A stretch of DNA of 64,000 bases from assembly GCF_003790525.1 (NCBI RefSeq), contig NZ_CP033635.1. The stretch is one strand, 5' to 3'. The position numbers were made by a program, and so were the translations under genes. Each line of letters begins with the position of its first letter. The first letter of the stretch is position 1. Under the pieces are notes generated by a model, which saw only the letters and a program-made list of their open reading frames with translations, made no database searches and was not told the origin of the DNA. This stretch comes from Escherichia coli. GTDB taxonomy: Bacteria > Pseudomonadota > Gammaproteobacteria > Enterobacterales > Enterobacteriaceae. Shown here one piece after another: positions 48,048 through 59,809 of the stretch.

Positions 48048-50093
48048 TTATACGTTCAAGCCACGATGTTGCAGCATCGGCATAATCTGAGGTGCCTTAC
48101 CGCGCCATTGTCGATACAGGCGTTCCAGATCCTCGCTGTTACCTCTGGAAAGGATCGCCTCGCGAAAACGCAGCCCATTTTCACGCGTTAATCCGCCCTG
48201 CTCAACAAACCACTGATAACCATCATCGGCCAACATTTGCGTCCACAGATAAGCGTAATAACCCGCGGCATATCCGCCACCAAAAATATGGGCGAAATAA
48301 CTGCTGCGATAGCGTGGCGGTATAGCGGGAAGATCCATATTTTCCGCCACCAGCGCCCGCAATTCAAAATCATCGACATCCTGCATTGCTTCGTTTTCTT
48401 CCAGGCAATGCCAGCGCATATCGAGAAGTGCGGCGCTAAGCAGTTCGCTCATCTCATACCCTTTGTTGAACAGGCTGGCATTACGCATTTTCTGTTGCAG
48501 TTCGTCAGGCATTGCTGCCCCGCTCTGATAATGCCGGGCGTAGCGAGCGAATACCTGCGGATGTGTTGCCCAGTGTTCGTTGATTTGCGACGGAAATTCG
48601 ACAAAATCACGCGGCGTGTTGGTGCCGGAAAGCGTGGCATAACGCTGGCGGGCAAAAAGGCCGTGCAGCGTATGACCAAATTCATGGAATAAGGTTATTA
48701 CATCATCCCAGAGTAACAACGCAGGCTCACCGGCAGCGGGTTTCTGATAATTGCAGACGTTATAAATTACCGGATGCGTTTCATTAAGCGTTGATTGCTC
48801 AACAAAATTGCCCATCCATGCACCGCCGCTTTTTGAATCACGGGCGAAGAAATCACCGTAAAATAACGCCAGCCCCACGCCATTATGATCAAAAATTTCC
48901 CACACCCGAACGTCAGGATGGTAGACAGGAATATCAAAACGTTCGACAAACTTAATACCGAAGAGCTGATTCGCGGTCCAGAATACACCTTCATTCAACA
49001 CCGTGTTTAATTCAAAATATGGCTTGAGCTGCGATTCATCGAGATCGAATTTCTCACGTCTTACCTGCTCGGCATAAAATGCCCAGTCCCACGGCTGCGC
49101 GCTAAACCCGCCCTGCTGCTTATCAATAATCGCCTGTATGGAGGCTAACTCATCGCTCGCACGTTGACGCGCCGCTGGAACAATTTCCCGCATAAAGTTG
49201 AGCGCTGCTTCTGGCGTTTTTGCCATCTGATCGGCGATTTTCCATGCGGCATAATGAGGAAAACCAAGCAGTTTCGCCTGCTGCGCGCGGATCTCCACCA
49301 GACGTTGAATGATAGCGCGGGTGTCATTGGCATCATTTTTTTCCGCTCGCATCCAGCCCGCAGTAAACAGTTTTTCACGCGTCGCGCGATCGCACAGTTC
49401 AGCAAGCGCTGGTTGTTGGGTGGTATTCAGCAGCGGAATCAGCCATTTGTTATACAGACCTTTCTCGCGAGCCGCCTCTGCCGCCAGCACAATCTCTTGC
49501 TCACTCATTCCTGCCAGCTGCGCGATATCGTTCACAACCAGACCGCCGGATTTATTTGCTGCCAGTAACCGCTGGTTAAACTGGCTGGTCAGGGTCGCAG
49601 CTTCTGTATTCAGTACTTTTAATTTTGCTTTATCAGCTTGCTTAAGTTTGGCTCCGGCAAGGACAAAACGTTGATGAATCACCTCCACCAGGCGGATGGA
49701 TTCACTATCAAGCCCCAGGGATTCACGGCGCTGCCAGACAGCATCTACCCGCGCGAATAATTCCCCGTTCAGATAGATATCATTCGCAAGTTCCGCCAGT
49801 TCAGCGGAAAACTGTTCATCAAGACGCTGTAATTCATCATTGGTATGCGCCGCAGTCATCGCAAAAAAGACGCTGGTAACGCGGGTAAGTAATTCTCCGC
49901 TTTGTTCCAGTGCCAGAATAGTATTGTTGAAATCAGGTGTTTGCGGGTTAAGCGCGATGGCAGCAATTTCTGCCCGCTTTTGCTGCATTCCCTCATCGAA
50001 TGCCGGGCGATAGTGATGATTGGCAATTTGATCAAAATGGGGAGCCAGATACGGCAGTGTGCTTTGCACAAGGAAAGGATTCATTGTTGTCAT
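48048..50093 (-). CDS. dcp: Dipeptidyl carboxypeptidase II (M3 metallopeptidase)
   Basis: 681 aa from internal ATG (MTTMNPFLVQ...); HEFGH zinc motif present. Confidence 0.9.
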   Translation of the reverse strand: MTTMNPFLVQSTLPYLAPHFDQIANHHYRPAFDEGMQQKRAEIAAIALNPQTPDFNNTILALEQSGELLTRVTSVFFAMTAAHTNDELQRLDEQFSAELAELANDIYLNGELFARVDAVWQRRESLGLDSESIRLVEVIHQRFVLAGAKLKQADKAKLKVLNTEAATLTSQFNQRLLAANKSGGLVVNDIAQLAGMSEQEIVLAAEAAREKGLYNKWLIPLLNTTQQPALAELCDRATREKLFTAGWMRAEKNDANDTRAIIQRLVEIRAQQAKLLGFPHYAAWKIADQMAKTPEAALNFMREIVPAARQRASDELASIQAIIDKQQGGFSAQPWDWAFYAEQVRREKFDLDESQLKPYFELNTVLNEGVFWTANQLFGIKFVERFDIPVYHPDVRVWEIFDHNGVGLALFYGDFFARDSKSGGAWMGNFVEQSTLNETHPVIYNVCNYQKPAAGEPALLLWDDVITLFHEFGHTLHGLFARQRYATLSGTNTPRDFVEFPSQINEHWATHPQVFARYARHYQSGAAMPDELQQKMRNASLFNKGYEMSELLSAALLDMRWHCLEENEAMQDVDDFELRALVAENMDLPAIPPRYRSSYFAHIFGGGYAAGYYAYLWTQMLADDGYQWFVEQGGLTRENGLRFREAILSRGNSEDLERLYRQWRGKAPQIMPMLQHRGLNV

Positions 50094-50229
50094 TTTCTTC
50101 TCCTGAACGCGAGGTGTTCCATAGCGTAGGCTTACTGATAACGGAGTGCAATCTTGCAAACCAGTATTACCCGCTCTTAAGCATCACGTGCTATGTTATT
50201 GACACACAAAAGCGTTGAGGAACAGTGAG

Positions 50230-50976
50230 ATGATCGTTTTAGTAACTGGAGCAACGGCAGGTTTTGGTGAATGCATTACTCGTCGTTTTATTCAACAAGG
50301 GCATAAAGTTATCGCCACTGGCCGTCGCCAGGAGCGGTTGCAGGAGTTAAAAGACGAACTGGGAGATAATCTGTATATCGCCCAACTGGACGTTCGCAAC
50401 CGCGCCGCTATTGAAGAGATGCTGGCATCGCTTCCTGCCGAGTGGTGCAATATTGATATCCTGGTAAATAATGCCGGTCTGGCGTTGGGCATGGAGCCTG
50501 CGCATAAAGCCAGCGTTGAAGACTGGGAAACGATGATTGATACCAACAACAAAGGCCTGGTATATATGACGCGCGCCGTCTTACCGGGTATGGTTGAACG
50601 TAATTATGGTCATATTATTAACATTGGCTCAACGGCAGGCAGCTGGCCGTATGCCGGTGGTAACGTTTACGGTGCGACGAAAGCGTTTGTTCGTCAGTTT
50701 AGCCTGAATCTGCGTACGGACCTGCATGGTACGGCGGTGCGCGTCACCGACATCGAACCGGGTCTGGTGGGTGGCACCGAGTTTTCCAATGTCCGCTTTA
50801 AAGGCGATGACGGTAAAGCGGAAAAAACCTATCAAAATACCGTTGCATTGACGCCAGAAGATGTCAGCGAAGCCGTCTGGTGGGTGTCAACGCTGCCTGC
50901 TCACGTCAATATCAATACCCTGGAAATGATGCCGGTTACCCAAAGCTATGCCGGACTGAATGTCCACCGTCAGTAA
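50230..50976 (+). CDS. ydfG: NADP-dependent 3-hydroxy acid / serine dehydrogenase (SDR)
   Basis: 248 aa from ATG at 50230 (MIVLVTGATAGFGE...), SDR cofactor motif. Confidence 0.85.
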   Translation: MIVLVTGATAGFGECITRRFIQQGHKVIATGRRQERLQELKDELGDNLYIAQLDVRNRAAIEEMLASLPAEWCNIDILVNNAGLALGMEPAHKASVEDWETMIDTNNKGLVYMTRAVLPGMVERNYGHIINIGSTAGSWPYAGGNVYGATKAFVRQFSLNLRTDLHGTAVRVTDIEPGLVGGTEFSNVRFKGDDGKAEKTYQNTVALTPEDVSEAVWWVSTLPAHVNINTLEMMPVTQSYAGLNVHRQ

Positions 50977-51064
50977 TTTTTATACCCGGCGTAACTGCCG
51001 GGTTATTGCTTGTCACAAAAAAGTGGTAGACTCATGCAGTTAACTCACTCACAAGCAAGAACGA

Positions 51065-51751
51065 ATGACCGTCGAAACGCAACTTAATCCCACACAGCCT
51101 GTCAATCAGCAGATTTATCGTATTCTTCGTCGCGACATTGTCCATTGCCTGATTGCTCCAGGCACACCGTTGTCGGAAAAAGAAGTTTCTGTTCGTTTCA
51201 ATGTGTCACGCCAGCCGGTTCGTGAAGCCTTTATTAAACTGGCGGAAAACGGCCTGATTCAAATTCGTCCGCAGCGTGGCAGCTACGTCAACAAAATTTC
51301 CATGGCCCAGGTGCGCAACGGCAGTTTTATCCGTCAGGCCATTGAGTGCGCGGTGGCGCGTCGGGCGGCGAGCATGATTACCGAAAGCCAGTGCTACCAA
51401 CTGGAACAAAATCTTCACCAGCAACGCATTGCCATTGAGCGCAAGCAACTGGATGATTTTTTTGAACTTGATGACAACTTCCATCAACTCCTGACCCAGA
51501 TTGCCGACTGTCAACTGGCGTGGGATACCATTGAGAACCTGAAAGCGACCGTTGATCGCGTGCGCTATATGAGTTTCGACCACGTTTCTCCACCAGAAAT
51601 GCTGTTACGCCAGCATCTTGAGATTTTCTCTGCCCTGCAAAAACGTGATGGCGATGCGGTAGAACGTGCAATGACGCAACATTTGCAGGAAATCAGCGAA
51701 TCCGTGCGCCAGATCCGTCAGGAAAACAGCGACTGGTTTAGCGAAGAGTAA
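51065..51751 (+). CDS. rspR: GntR/FadR-family regulator
   Basis: 228-aa ORF with N-terminal GntR HTH and FCD domain. Confidence 0.8.
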   Translation: MTVETQLNPTQPVNQQIYRILRRDIVHCLIAPGTPLSEKEVSVRFNVSRQPVREAFIKLAENGLIQIRPQRGSYVNKISMAQVRNGSFIRQAIECAVARRAASMITESQCYQLEQNLHQQRIAIERKQLDDFFELDDNFHQLLTQIADCQLAWDTIENLKATVDRVRYMSFDHVSPPEMLLRQHLEIFSALQKRDGDAVERAMTQHLQEISESVRQIRQENSDWFSEE

Positions 51752-51832
51752 TTCATTTCCTCTCATCCCATCCGGGGTGAGAGTTTTTCCCTCCGTCATA
51801 TGGCTCATGCATGCATCAAAAAAGATGTGAGC

Positions 51833-51846
51833 TTGATCAAAAACAA
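51833..51846. promoter_or_regulatory. Candidate FNR site TTGAT-CAAA-AACAA upstream of ydfZ
   Basis: 9/10 match to TTGAT-N4-ATCAA about 90 bp upstream of ydfZ. Confidence 0.35.
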
Positions 51847-51927
51847 AAAATATTTCACTCGACAGGAGTATTTATATTGCGCCCGTTACGTGGGCTTCGA
51901 CTGTAAATCAGAAAGGAGAAAACACCT

Positions 51928-52131
51928 ATGACGACCTACGATCGTAACCGTAACGCAATCACCACTGGCAGCCGTGTTATGGTTAGCGGCACCGGTCACA
52001 CTGGCAAGATCCTGTCGATTGATACTGAAGGTCTGACCGCTGAGCAAATCCGTCGCGGAAAAACCGTAGTTGTTGAAGGTTGTGAAGAGAAACTGGCACC
52101 TCTGGACCTGATTCGTCTCGGCATGAACTAA
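51928..52131 (+). CDS. ydfZ: Small selenium-binding protein YdfZ
   Basis: 67-aa ORF with strong RBS (GGAG). Confidence 0.8.
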
Positions 52132-52139
52132 GCGTGTGA

Positions 52140-52168
52140 ATGCCGCCGATGGCGGCATTGCTTTTTTT
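52140..52168 (+). terminator. Rho-independent terminator after ydfZ
   Basis: ATGCCGCC-gat-GGCGGCAT stem followed by TGCTTTTTTT. Confidence 0.75.
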
Positions 52169-53627
52169 ACTTCACGGAATATTTCGCCACGGTCGCTTTC
52201 GCACCATGCGCTAATAAAGACAAGTACGCTTCCGTCACTTTTGCAGTAAACAAGCTATTGTCTGGCAAATCATCACCAAAGATCGCCTTAATCGCCAGCA
52301 ATGACTGGACGCGCGCTTTCCCTTCGGCACTACTTTGTACAGCCTTCTGAATAACAGGTAACAGTGGATCACTGATTTCAATCGGATTTCCCTGTTCATC
52401 AACACCACCGACATAGCGCATCCAACCCGCGACGCCCAGCGCCAGCAGATCGAACTTGCTGTCATGCGCCAGATGCCAGCGAACAGAATCCAACATCCGC
52501 TGTGGCAATTTCTGGCTGCCATCCATCGCAATCTGCCAGGTTCGGTGACGTAGCGCCGGGTTGCTATAGCGTTCAATTAATCGGTTAGCGTAATCTTGCA
52601 AATCAACGCCCTGCACTTTCAACGTCGGCGCTTGTTCCTGCAACATCAAGGCATACGCTGCATGACGATAATGTTCATCTTCCATGCAGTCATTAATGTG
52701 CTGATATCCGGCAAGATAACCCAGATACGCCAGGAATGAATGACTGCCGTTGAGCATGCGCAACTTCATCTCTTCATAAGGCAGCACATCACTAACCAGT
52801 TCGGCTCCCGCTTTTTCCCATTCCGGACGTCCGGCAACAAAGTTATCTTCTATTACCCACTGGCGGAAAGGTTCACAGGCAACGCCAGCAGGATCGCGCA
52901 CACCGGTAAGTTGTTCGATTTTCGCCAGCGTATCCTCTGTCACTGCGGGCACAATACGGTCCACCATTGTTGATGGGAAAGTCACGTTTTCTTCGATCCA
53001 TTGTGCCAGTTTTACATCAACAGCTTGCGCGTAGGAAGTGACAACGTCACGCATAACATGACCGTTTTCTGGCATGTTGTCACATGACATGACGGTAAAT
53101 GCGGGAAGTCCTGCCGCTTTACGGCGAGCCAGCGCCTCGACAATCACCCCTGTTGCAGTTTTCGGCTGGTGGGGATTTTGTACGTCGGCAACGACCATCG
53201 GGTGATCGAGCATTAACTGTCCGGTCGCCGGAGAGTGGAAATACCCTTTTTCGGTGATTGTCAGAGAGACAATCGCGATTTGCGGTTCACACATCGCAGC
53301 CAACACGGTTTCTAAGCCATCAATCTGTACGTGCAAGGCTTTTTTAACGACGCCAACGACGCGAGCCGTCCACGCATCGGCCGACATTTCCGCAACGGTA
53401 TAAAGATTATCTTGCTGTTGTAAATCGGCAATTTGCTGTTCGCCGCCGATTAAATTGACCTCATAATATCCCCAGTCACTGAAATGTTCCGTAGCAAGAA
53501 TATCGGCATACACACCCTGATGCGCACGGTGAAATGCACCAAAGCCTAAATGAACAATTCTTGGGGCCAGGTTATTACGATCATAAACAGGGAGCGTCGC
53601 TTTTGCTGATAACAAATTATTTCCCAT
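52167..53627 (-). CDS. ydfI: Mannitol dehydrogenase-family oxidoreductase
   Basis: 486-aa ORF, long-chain polyol dehydrogenase family. Confidence 0.85.
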   Translation of the reverse strand: MGNNLLSAKATLPVYDRNNLAPRIVHLGFGAFHRAHQGVYADILATEHFSDWGYYEVNLIGGEQQIADLQQQDNLYTVAEMSADAWTARVVGVVKKALHVQIDGLETVLAAMCEPQIAIVSLTITEKGYFHSPATGQLMLDHPMVVADVQNPHQPKTATGVIVEALARRKAAGLPAFTVMSCDNMPENGHVMRDVVTSYAQAVDVKLAQWIEENVTFPSTMVDRIVPAVTEDTLAKIEQLTGVRDPAGVACEPFRQWVIEDNFVAGRPEWEKAGAELVSDVLPYEEMKLRMLNGSHSFLAYLGYLAGYQHINDCMEDEHYRHAAYALMLQEQAPTLKVQGVDLQDYANRLIERYSNPALRHRTWQIAMDGSQKLPQRMLDSVRWHLAHDSKFDLLALGVAGWMRYVGGVDEQGNPIEISDPLLPVIQKAVQSSAEGKARVQSLLAIKAIFGDDLPDNSLFTAKVTEAYLSLLAHGAKATVAKYSVK

Positions 53628-53715
53628 AACAATTCCTTAAATATAAATATGGCAAGCTACATGTTTTGTTATATGAATAAAAATCCCCTCTCCGGTAAGA
53701 GAAGGGATGGAGGAT

Positions 53716-55083
53716 TTAAAGACTTCTGGAAGGTTGCGCAGCTCTGACAACATGCGGTTGATCTTCCGCAGCGTCTTCCAGCGCACTTAAATCACGGTCT
53801 TTCACTTCTGGCATTTTCAGCGCAGAAATTAAACCAATCACTGAATATGCCATGATCATAATTGCGATCGGATACCAGGATTCCGTCATGGTGCAGAAAA
53901 TACCCGCCAGGATAGGACCAAAACCGGAAGCGATAAGACCACCAATTTCTTTAGAAATGGCCATCCGGGTAAAGCGGTTTTTACAGCCGAACATTTCTGC
54001 CATGGTAATGTTTTCCAGAGCAAATAATCCCAGCACCGCACAGTTATGAATCACAATCAGTGCAACCATAATGGTGCTCGGGGCATAGCTTTTATCTACG
54101 ATGATAGAAAGCATTGGCCATGCCAGCACAATCGCAGAGGTATTCATAATAATATACGGGATCCGGCGACCAATTTTATCGGATAACCAACCAAGGAACG
54201 GAATGGTCATAAAGCCGAGAATCGAACTGATCATCAATGCATCTGTTGGAATTGCTTTGTTAAACAATAACGTCTGCACTAAATAGCCTGCAAGGAAAGT
54301 CTGAATTAAACCTGAGTTACCAGCCTGACCAAAACGCAGCCCTGTTGCCAGCCAGAAGGATTTGCTCTGGAACATGCTACCAGCAGGTGCAGGTTTTGCT
54401 GTAGGTTGGTTGCTGTCGTTAACCTTCTCAAAGACCGGGCTTTCTTTCAGATTCATACGCAACCAGATAGCAAAGACCATCACGACAACGCTCGCCAGGA
54501 ACGGTATACGCCATCCCCACGCCAACAGTTCCTCTTTACTGAGAATGAAGAACATAAAGGCCCAGATTGCCGTTGCGCTCAAGGTTCCGCAGTTAGTCCC
54601 CATAGCAACAAATGAGGAGATAATTCCGCGCTTACCTTTTGGCGCATATTCCGCCAGCATCGTACCGGCACCGGAAATTTCCGCGCCTGCCCCCAGCCCC
54701 TGAATAATACGCAGCGTCACCAGCAAAATTGGCGCAAACACACCAATTTGTGCATAGGTCGGCAGCACACCAATTAAGGTGGTACAGATCCCCATCATAG
54801 TTATGGTAATAAAGAGCACTTTTTTACGCCCGATTCTGTCGCCCATTTTGCCGAAAATAAATGCTCCGACAATACGCGCCACATAACCTGCACCGTAGGT
54901 TCCCATTGCCAGAATTAACGCCATTGCCGTTGATGATTCAGGAAAAAATATTTCATGAAACACTAACGCTGCGCCGAGCGAATATAACTGGAAATCCATA
55001 AATTCAAGCGCAGTGCCCAGCCATCCCGATACTGCTGCTTTCACCAAATCCTTAGTGCTTCTTTCGTGTTTTTCTATTGTCAT
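53716..55083 (-). CDS. ydfJ: MFS metabolite:H+ symporter, apparently intact
   Basis: 455-aa uninterrupted ORF with 12 TM segments; rspB follows 57 bp upstream. Confidence 0.8.
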   Translation of the reverse strand: MTIEKHERSTKDLVKAAVSGWLGTALEFMDFQLYSLGAALVFHEIFFPESSTAMALILAMGTYGAGYVARIVGAFIFGKMGDRIGRKKVLFITITMMGICTTLIGVLPTYAQIGVFAPILLVTLRIIQGLGAGAEISGAGTMLAEYAPKGKRGIISSFVAMGTNCGTLSATAIWAFMFFILSKEELLAWGWRIPFLASVVVMVFAIWLRMNLKESPVFEKVNDSNQPTAKPAPAGSMFQSKSFWLATGLRFGQAGNSGLIQTFLAGYLVQTLLFNKAIPTDALMISSILGFMTIPFLGWLSDKIGRRIPYIIMNTSAIVLAWPMLSIIVDKSYAPSTIMVALIVIHNCAVLGLFALENITMAEMFGCKNRFTRMAISKEIGGLIASGFGPILAGIFCTMTESWYPIAIMIMAYSVIGLISALKMPEVKDRDLSALEDAAEDQPHVVRAAQPSRSL

Positions 55084-55140
55084 AATGGTTATCTCTAAAA
55101 AAGAGGTAAGATGCGTACTACTTACTCGCCGTTATTGGTA

Positions 55141-56160
55141 TTATTCAGAAAAAGTGAGTAAGACTTTGCAGCAATGCTTTTGATCCTGTTCAAATAAACT
55201 AATGGCATCAGCAACATGCTGGAAATCAAACGTATGGGTAATTAGTTTTTCTGGTTTAATTAACCCTTTACTTAACCAGTCGATAACGACCGGGAATTTA
55301 TTTGCATTTAAGCGTGAAGAGAAAATAGAGAGTTCTTTTCCGGTAATTCCTTGCTGAATCACTTCAGACGGTTCACTGGAGAAGCCCATCAATACAATAC
55401 GTGCCGCTGGAGAAGCCAGCGTTACGGCTTCTTTCAGGATTGAAGGATGACAAGCCGCATCGATAATTAATGTCGGCTTGATGCCTTTTTCAGCGAAACT
55501 CTCGCTAAGCGGTGTCTGGCTGTTATTAATCGCCCAGTCTGCCCCGCTCTCTTTCGCTTTTTCCAGTCGTTCATCAATGCGATCGGCAACAATCACATTC
55601 TTAACGTTATAGACGCCTTTTAATACCTGAACGATCGTCAGGCCGATTGGACCTGCACCGTAAACCAGAACGGTATCATTTTCAGTCGGTTGACCATGAC
55701 CGGTAACGTTAGCCGCAATGGTAAAAGGTTCAATCATCACCGCATATTGATCGGCCACTGCTTCAGGAATTTTCCACGCATTTTTTGCCGGCACCACGGC
55801 ATATTCACTGAAACCACCGTCAGCGTGCACACCTAATACAGCCAGTGTCGTACAAACGTTCGGCTTACCTATAGAGCACGGATAGCAATGCCCACAGCTG
55901 ACCACCGGATCGACAGCAACGCGTTCACCGACTCTGTCGCTTTCCACGCCTTCACCCACTGCATCAATGACGCCAAAGAATTCATGTCCAATGACGCGCG
56001 GATATTTCGCAAAAGGATTATGCCCACGATAAATATGGCTATCTGAACCACAAATTCCGGCAAGTTTCACTTTTACTCGTACTTCACCCGCTGACGGGGT
56101 GGGTATTTCGCGTTCGATAATTGCCAGTTGATTCGGTTTTTCAATTAAAATGCTTTTCAT
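55141..56160 (-). CDS. rspB: Zn-dependent alcohol dehydrogenase-family starvation-sensing protein
   Basis: 339 aa from internal ATG (MKSILIEKPNQ...); GHE and Cys-ligand motifs. Confidence 0.85.
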   Translation of the reverse strand: MKSILIEKPNQLAIIEREIPTPSAGEVRVKVKLAGICGSDSHIYRGHNPFAKYPRVIGHEFFGVIDAVGEGVESDRVGERVAVDPVVSCGHCYPCSIGKPNVCTTLAVLGVHADGGFSEYAVVPAKNAWKIPEAVADQYAVMIEPFTIAANVTGHGQPTENDTVLVYGAGPIGLTIVQVLKGVYNVKNVIVADRIDERLEKAKESGADWAINNSQTPLSESFAEKGIKPTLIIDAACHPSILKEAVTLASPAARIVLMGFSSEPSEVIQQGITGKELSIFSSRLNANKFPVVIDWLSKGLIKPEKLITHTFDFQHVADAISLFEQDQKHCCKVLLTFSE

Positions 56161-56171
56161 TATCTTACTCC

Positions 56172-57386
56172 TTACCAGTTCCACAGCGTGCCATCTTCCA
56201 GACGTGCGACTGGCAGATAAGCAGGTTCATAGGGATATTTCGCCGCCAGCTTTTCATCGAATTCGATGCCAAGACCCGGTTTGTCTCCCGGATGCATATA
56301 GCCGTTATCGAAAGTCCAGTTGTGCGGGAAGACTTCAAGCATTTGTTCGGAATAACCCATGTATTCCTGGACACCGAAATTGGGGACCCACAGATCAAAG
56401 TGCAGCGCCGCAGCCATGCAGACTGGCGACAAATCGGAAGGACCGTGTGAGCCAGTACGTACCTGATACAGCGAAGCAAAATCGGCAATCCGGCGCATAC
56501 CGGTAATCCCCCCCGCGTGAGTCAGCGTGGTGCGGATATAGTCGATGAGTTGTTCTTCAATCAGCTGTTTGCAGTCCCAGATGCTGTTGAAGACTTCACC
56601 CACTGCAATTGGCGTGACGGTGTGTTGGCGAATCAGGCGGAAACACTCCTGGTTTTCCGCAGGCGTCGGGTCTTCCATCCAGAACATGCGATAATCTTCA
56701 ATGCTTTTACCAAAGCGCGCCGCTTCAATAGGCGTTAAGCGATGGTGCATGTCATGAAGCAAATGTTCATTAAAACCAAACTTGTTACGTACCGCGTCAA
56801 ACAATTTCGGCATGAAATCGAGGTATTTCTCCGTCGACCACAGCTGCTCTTCCGGCCACTGTCCTTTGGTTGCGGGTTCATAAGCCAGACCTTTACCTTT
56901 CGACATGCCATAGGTGGTTTTCATACCAGGGATTCCGCACTGCACGCGGATGGCTTTGAATCCCAGCTCCTGATGACGGGCATAATCATCCAGAGCTTCA
57001 TCAATACTGTGACCGGTGGTATGGCAATAAACCATCACCCCTTCACGAGACGCGCCGCCGAGTAACTGGTAAAGCGGCATGTCGGCAGCTTTGGCTTTAA
57101 TATCCCACAGCGCCATATCAACCGCTGAAATGGCCGACATCGTAACCGGACCGCGACGCCAGTAAGCACCTTTATAGAAAAACTGCCAGATATCTTCGAT
57201 ACGGTGTGCATCGCGACCAATAAGCTGCGGACAAAGGTGATCCTGCAAATAAGAGGCCACGGAAAGCTCACGTCCATTTAGGGTGGCATCCCCAAGGCCC
57301 GTAATACCGTCCTCAGTGGTGATTTTTAATGTGACGAAATTACGCCCCGGACAGGTAACAAAAACTTCAGCCTTTACGATCTTCAT
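56172..57386 (-). CDS. rspA: Enolase-superfamily mannonate dehydratase-like starvation-sensing protein
   Basis: 404 aa from internal ATG ([10 protein letters not shown]...); 11 bp upstream of rspB. Confidence 0.85.
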   Translation of the reverse strand: MKIVKAEVFVTCPGRNFVTLKITTEDGITGLGDATLNGRELSVASYLQDHLCPQLIGRDAHRIEDIWQFFYKGAYWRRGPVTMSAISAVDMALWDIKAKAADMPLYQLLGGASREGVMVYCHTTGHSIDEALDDYARHQELGFKAIRVQCGIPGMKTTYGMSKGKGLAYEPATKGQWPEEQLWSTEKYLDFMPKLFDAVRNKFGFNEHLLHDMHHRLTPIEAARFGKSIEDYRMFWMEDPTPAENQECFRLIRQHTVTPIAVGEVFNSIWDCKQLIEEQLIDYIRTTLTHAGGITGMRRIADFASLYQVRTGSHGPSDLSPVCMAAALHFDLWVPNFGVQEYMGYSEQMLEVFPHNWTFDNGYMHPGDKPGLGIEFDEKLAAKYPYEPAYLPVARLEDGTLWNW

Positions 57387-57483
57387 GTTCGATTCCTTGC
57401 ATCGCTTGTCGTGATGCATGAAATTTACGCAACTGAGCTACTACCATACAAGTATGAAGATCAAAAAAAGCCGGAGTGATCAC

Positions 57484-57506
57484 AAAAAAAGGCGTATATT
57501 TGCGCC
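57484..57506 (-). terminator. Rho-independent terminator downstream of ynfA
   Basis: Minus strand GGCGCAAATATACGCC followed by T7. Confidence 0.5.
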
Positions 57507-57591
57507 GTGAATGGTTGACAAAAGATGAAATAGAATACCTTTTGTCAGCTGACACTTCCTCGTATCTTATTGATAAAATGAATTTATGTTC

Positions 57592-57918
57592 CTACGTGCG
57601 CCCCCAGCCCGCTACAATGATCAACATGCCGCAAAGCGCAATCAACGCCCCCGTCCAGTCATAAAGACTCAGTTTCACGCCATCCACAACGCGTAGCCAA
57701 ATCAACGCCGTGCAGACATAAACGCCACCATAAGCCGCGTAAACACGCCCACTCGCCGCAGGATGCAACGTTAACAACCAGACAAACAGCGCCAGTGAAA
57801 TCCCTGCCGGAAGCAACAGCCAGATACTGGCGTTTCGCTTCAACCACAGCCAGGGCAAAAAGCACCCAATAATTTCACACAGCGCAGTAGCAAAAAATAG
57901 TAACGTTGTTTTAATCAT
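57592..57918 (-). CDS. ynfA: UPF0060 small membrane protein
   Basis: 108 aa from internal ATG ([13 protein letters not shown]...), 4 TM segments. Confidence 0.8.
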
Positions 57919-58052
57919 CTTTGTCACTTATTGACATCATGTATAGTTATAGGACGACATAATATCAGCAATATAAACACCCTCCTTGAACGTTTTGCGT
58001 TCGCAGTGGATGGTGTAGAATCAGCTTTAATCATTCATACAGGGAATGAATT

Positions 58053-58394
58053 ATGAAAATCACTCTCAGCAAACGAATCGGCCTGCTCGCTTTTCTGCTG
58101 CCTTGCGCACTGGCATTGAGCACAACTGTTCATGCCGAAACTAACAAACTGGTGATTGAGTCTGGCGACAGTGCACAAAGCCGCCAGCACGCCGCTATGG
58201 AAAAAGAGCAATGGAATGACACGCGCAATCTGCGCCAGAAAGTGAATAAACGCACTGAAAAAGAGTGGGATAAAGCCGACGCCGCTTTTGATAACCGCGA
58301 TAAATGTGAGCAAAGCGCCAACATCAATGCCTACTGGGAGCCAAATACTTTGCGCTGCCTGGACCGTCGAACTGGTCGCGTTATTACCCCCTAA
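58053..58394 (+). CDS. ynfB: Secreted protein of unknown function
   Basis: 113-aa ORF with signal peptide. Confidence 0.8.
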
Positions 58395-58428
58395 CCTGTT
58401 ATTGATTTAAGGAATGTAAGGACACGTT

Positions 58429-58989
58429 ATGCCAAGCGCCCACAGTGTTAAGCTACGCCCGCTGGAGCGTGAAGATTTACGCTATGTACATCAACTCGAC
58501 AATAACGCCAGTGTGATGCGTTACTGGTTTGAGGAACCCTACGAAGCCTTTGTTGAACTCTCTGATCTGTACGATAAGCATATTCACGATCAGAGCGAAC
58601 GGCGCTTTGTGGTGGAATGTGACGGCGAAAAAGCCGGTCTGGTGGAGCTGGTGGAAATTAACCATGTTCATCGCCGCGCAGAATTTCAGATAATTATCTC
58701 CCCGGAATATCAGGGGAAAGGTCTGGCAACGCGTGCCGCAAAATTAGCAATGGACTATGGCTTCACCGTTCTCAATCTCTATAAGCTGTATCTGATCGTC
58801 GATAAAGAGAATGAAAAAGCGATTCACATTTACCGCAAGCTTGGCTTTACGGTTGAAGGTGAATTGATGCATGAGTTCTTTATTAATGGTCAATATCGGA
58901 ATGCCATTCGTATGTGCATATTCCAGCATCAGTATCTGGCAGAGCACAAAACACCGGGTCAGACTCTCCTGAAGCCGACCGCACAATAG
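58429..58989 (+). CDS. speG: Spermidine N1-acetyltransferase
   Basis: 186-aa GNAT-family ORF. Confidence 0.9.
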   Translation: MPSAHSVKLRPLEREDLRYVHQLDNNASVMRYWFEEPYEAFVELSDLYDKHIHDQSERRFVVECDGEKAGLVELVEINHVHRRAEFQIIISPEYQGKGLATRAAKLAMDYGFTVLNLYKLYLIVDKENEKAIHIYRKLGFTVEGELMHEFFINGQYRNAIRMCIFQHQYLAEHKTPGQTLLKPTAQ

Positions 58990-58991
58990 CA

Positions 58992-59702
58992 TTAATAATA
59001 ATCGATAGTATTTTTGATGGTGTAAACCCGTTCGACGGCGGGTTTTACTCCTTCATCAACAATGATTAGCTGACAGTCTACCGGATTGGCGTGACTGTCA
59101 TATTCACAGCTCTGTTTTACATTACCAACCCGTTGATTATTCAGTAAAGTAACCGCGGTGTAATCTAATTTTTTGATCGGATCCGTTGATGGCGTGGCGC
59201 TGACAGATAATGTTTTGTCGTTACTTTTCGTAGTTTTACCCAGCGGATACCCCTGATCATCATAGCGATATTCCATCTGCATCTGTTTGCTGCTGGCTTT
59301 AATCACAAAGCCATTATCATCGGTTTCCCAACTCACCCCGGCAGAAGGTAATTCTGCTAGCTGGCATTTTCCCTGCAAACGAACTCTTTTCTCCAGTGTC
59401 TGGGCATCACGGTAATAATTGGCGTCCAGTACCAGGGCAACCACGGTATTATTTTCCAGATCCAGTAATTCGAGAGAATCAAAACAGCCTTCTTCCGACA
59501 AAGTCCCCGAAACACGTTTCGTCACTTCACCTTGCTCATCCATTAATGTCTGAGTGAAATCTTTTACGGGACCACGCAGCGGATCAAAATCGAATTCATT
59601 AGAGAAACTGGCCATCTCCGGGGTAAATGAAAGTGTTACCTCTGTGCGGTCACATCCTGTGAGGAATATCGCGAGTAAGCATGGCAGTAATTTGTATTTC
59701 AC
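58992..59702 (-). CDS. ynfC: Lipoprotein YnfC
   Basis: 236 codons from GTG (VKYKLLPCLLAIFLTGC lipobox). Confidence 0.75.
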   Translation of the reverse strand: MKYKLLPCLLAIFLTGCDRTEVTLSFTPEMASFSNEFDFDPLRGPVKDFTQTLMDEQGEVTKRVSGTLSEEGCFDSLELLDLENNTVVALVLDANYYRDAQTLEKRVRLQGKCQLAELPSAGVSWETDDNGFVIKASSKQMQMEYRYDDQGYPLGKTTKSNDKTLSVSATPSTDPIKKLDYTAVTLLNNQRVGNVKQSCEYDSHANPVDCQLIIVDEGVKPAVERVYTIKNTIDYY

Positions 59703-59809
59703 AACAGTCACCTGAGAGTAGAGATGATTCTCAATCATAGTAGCAAATACAGTACTTTACACGTTAAATGCTATGCTTAAAGAAGTTATCTTCGCGTAAG
59801 GAGCTTATG

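Noticed and set aside
57505-57550. 10-bp inverted repeat TTGACAAAAG...CTTTTGTCA between ynfA and rspA as a regulatory site
   Set aside because: One mismatch, no known motif match, and it may just be part of the ynfA 3' UTR structure
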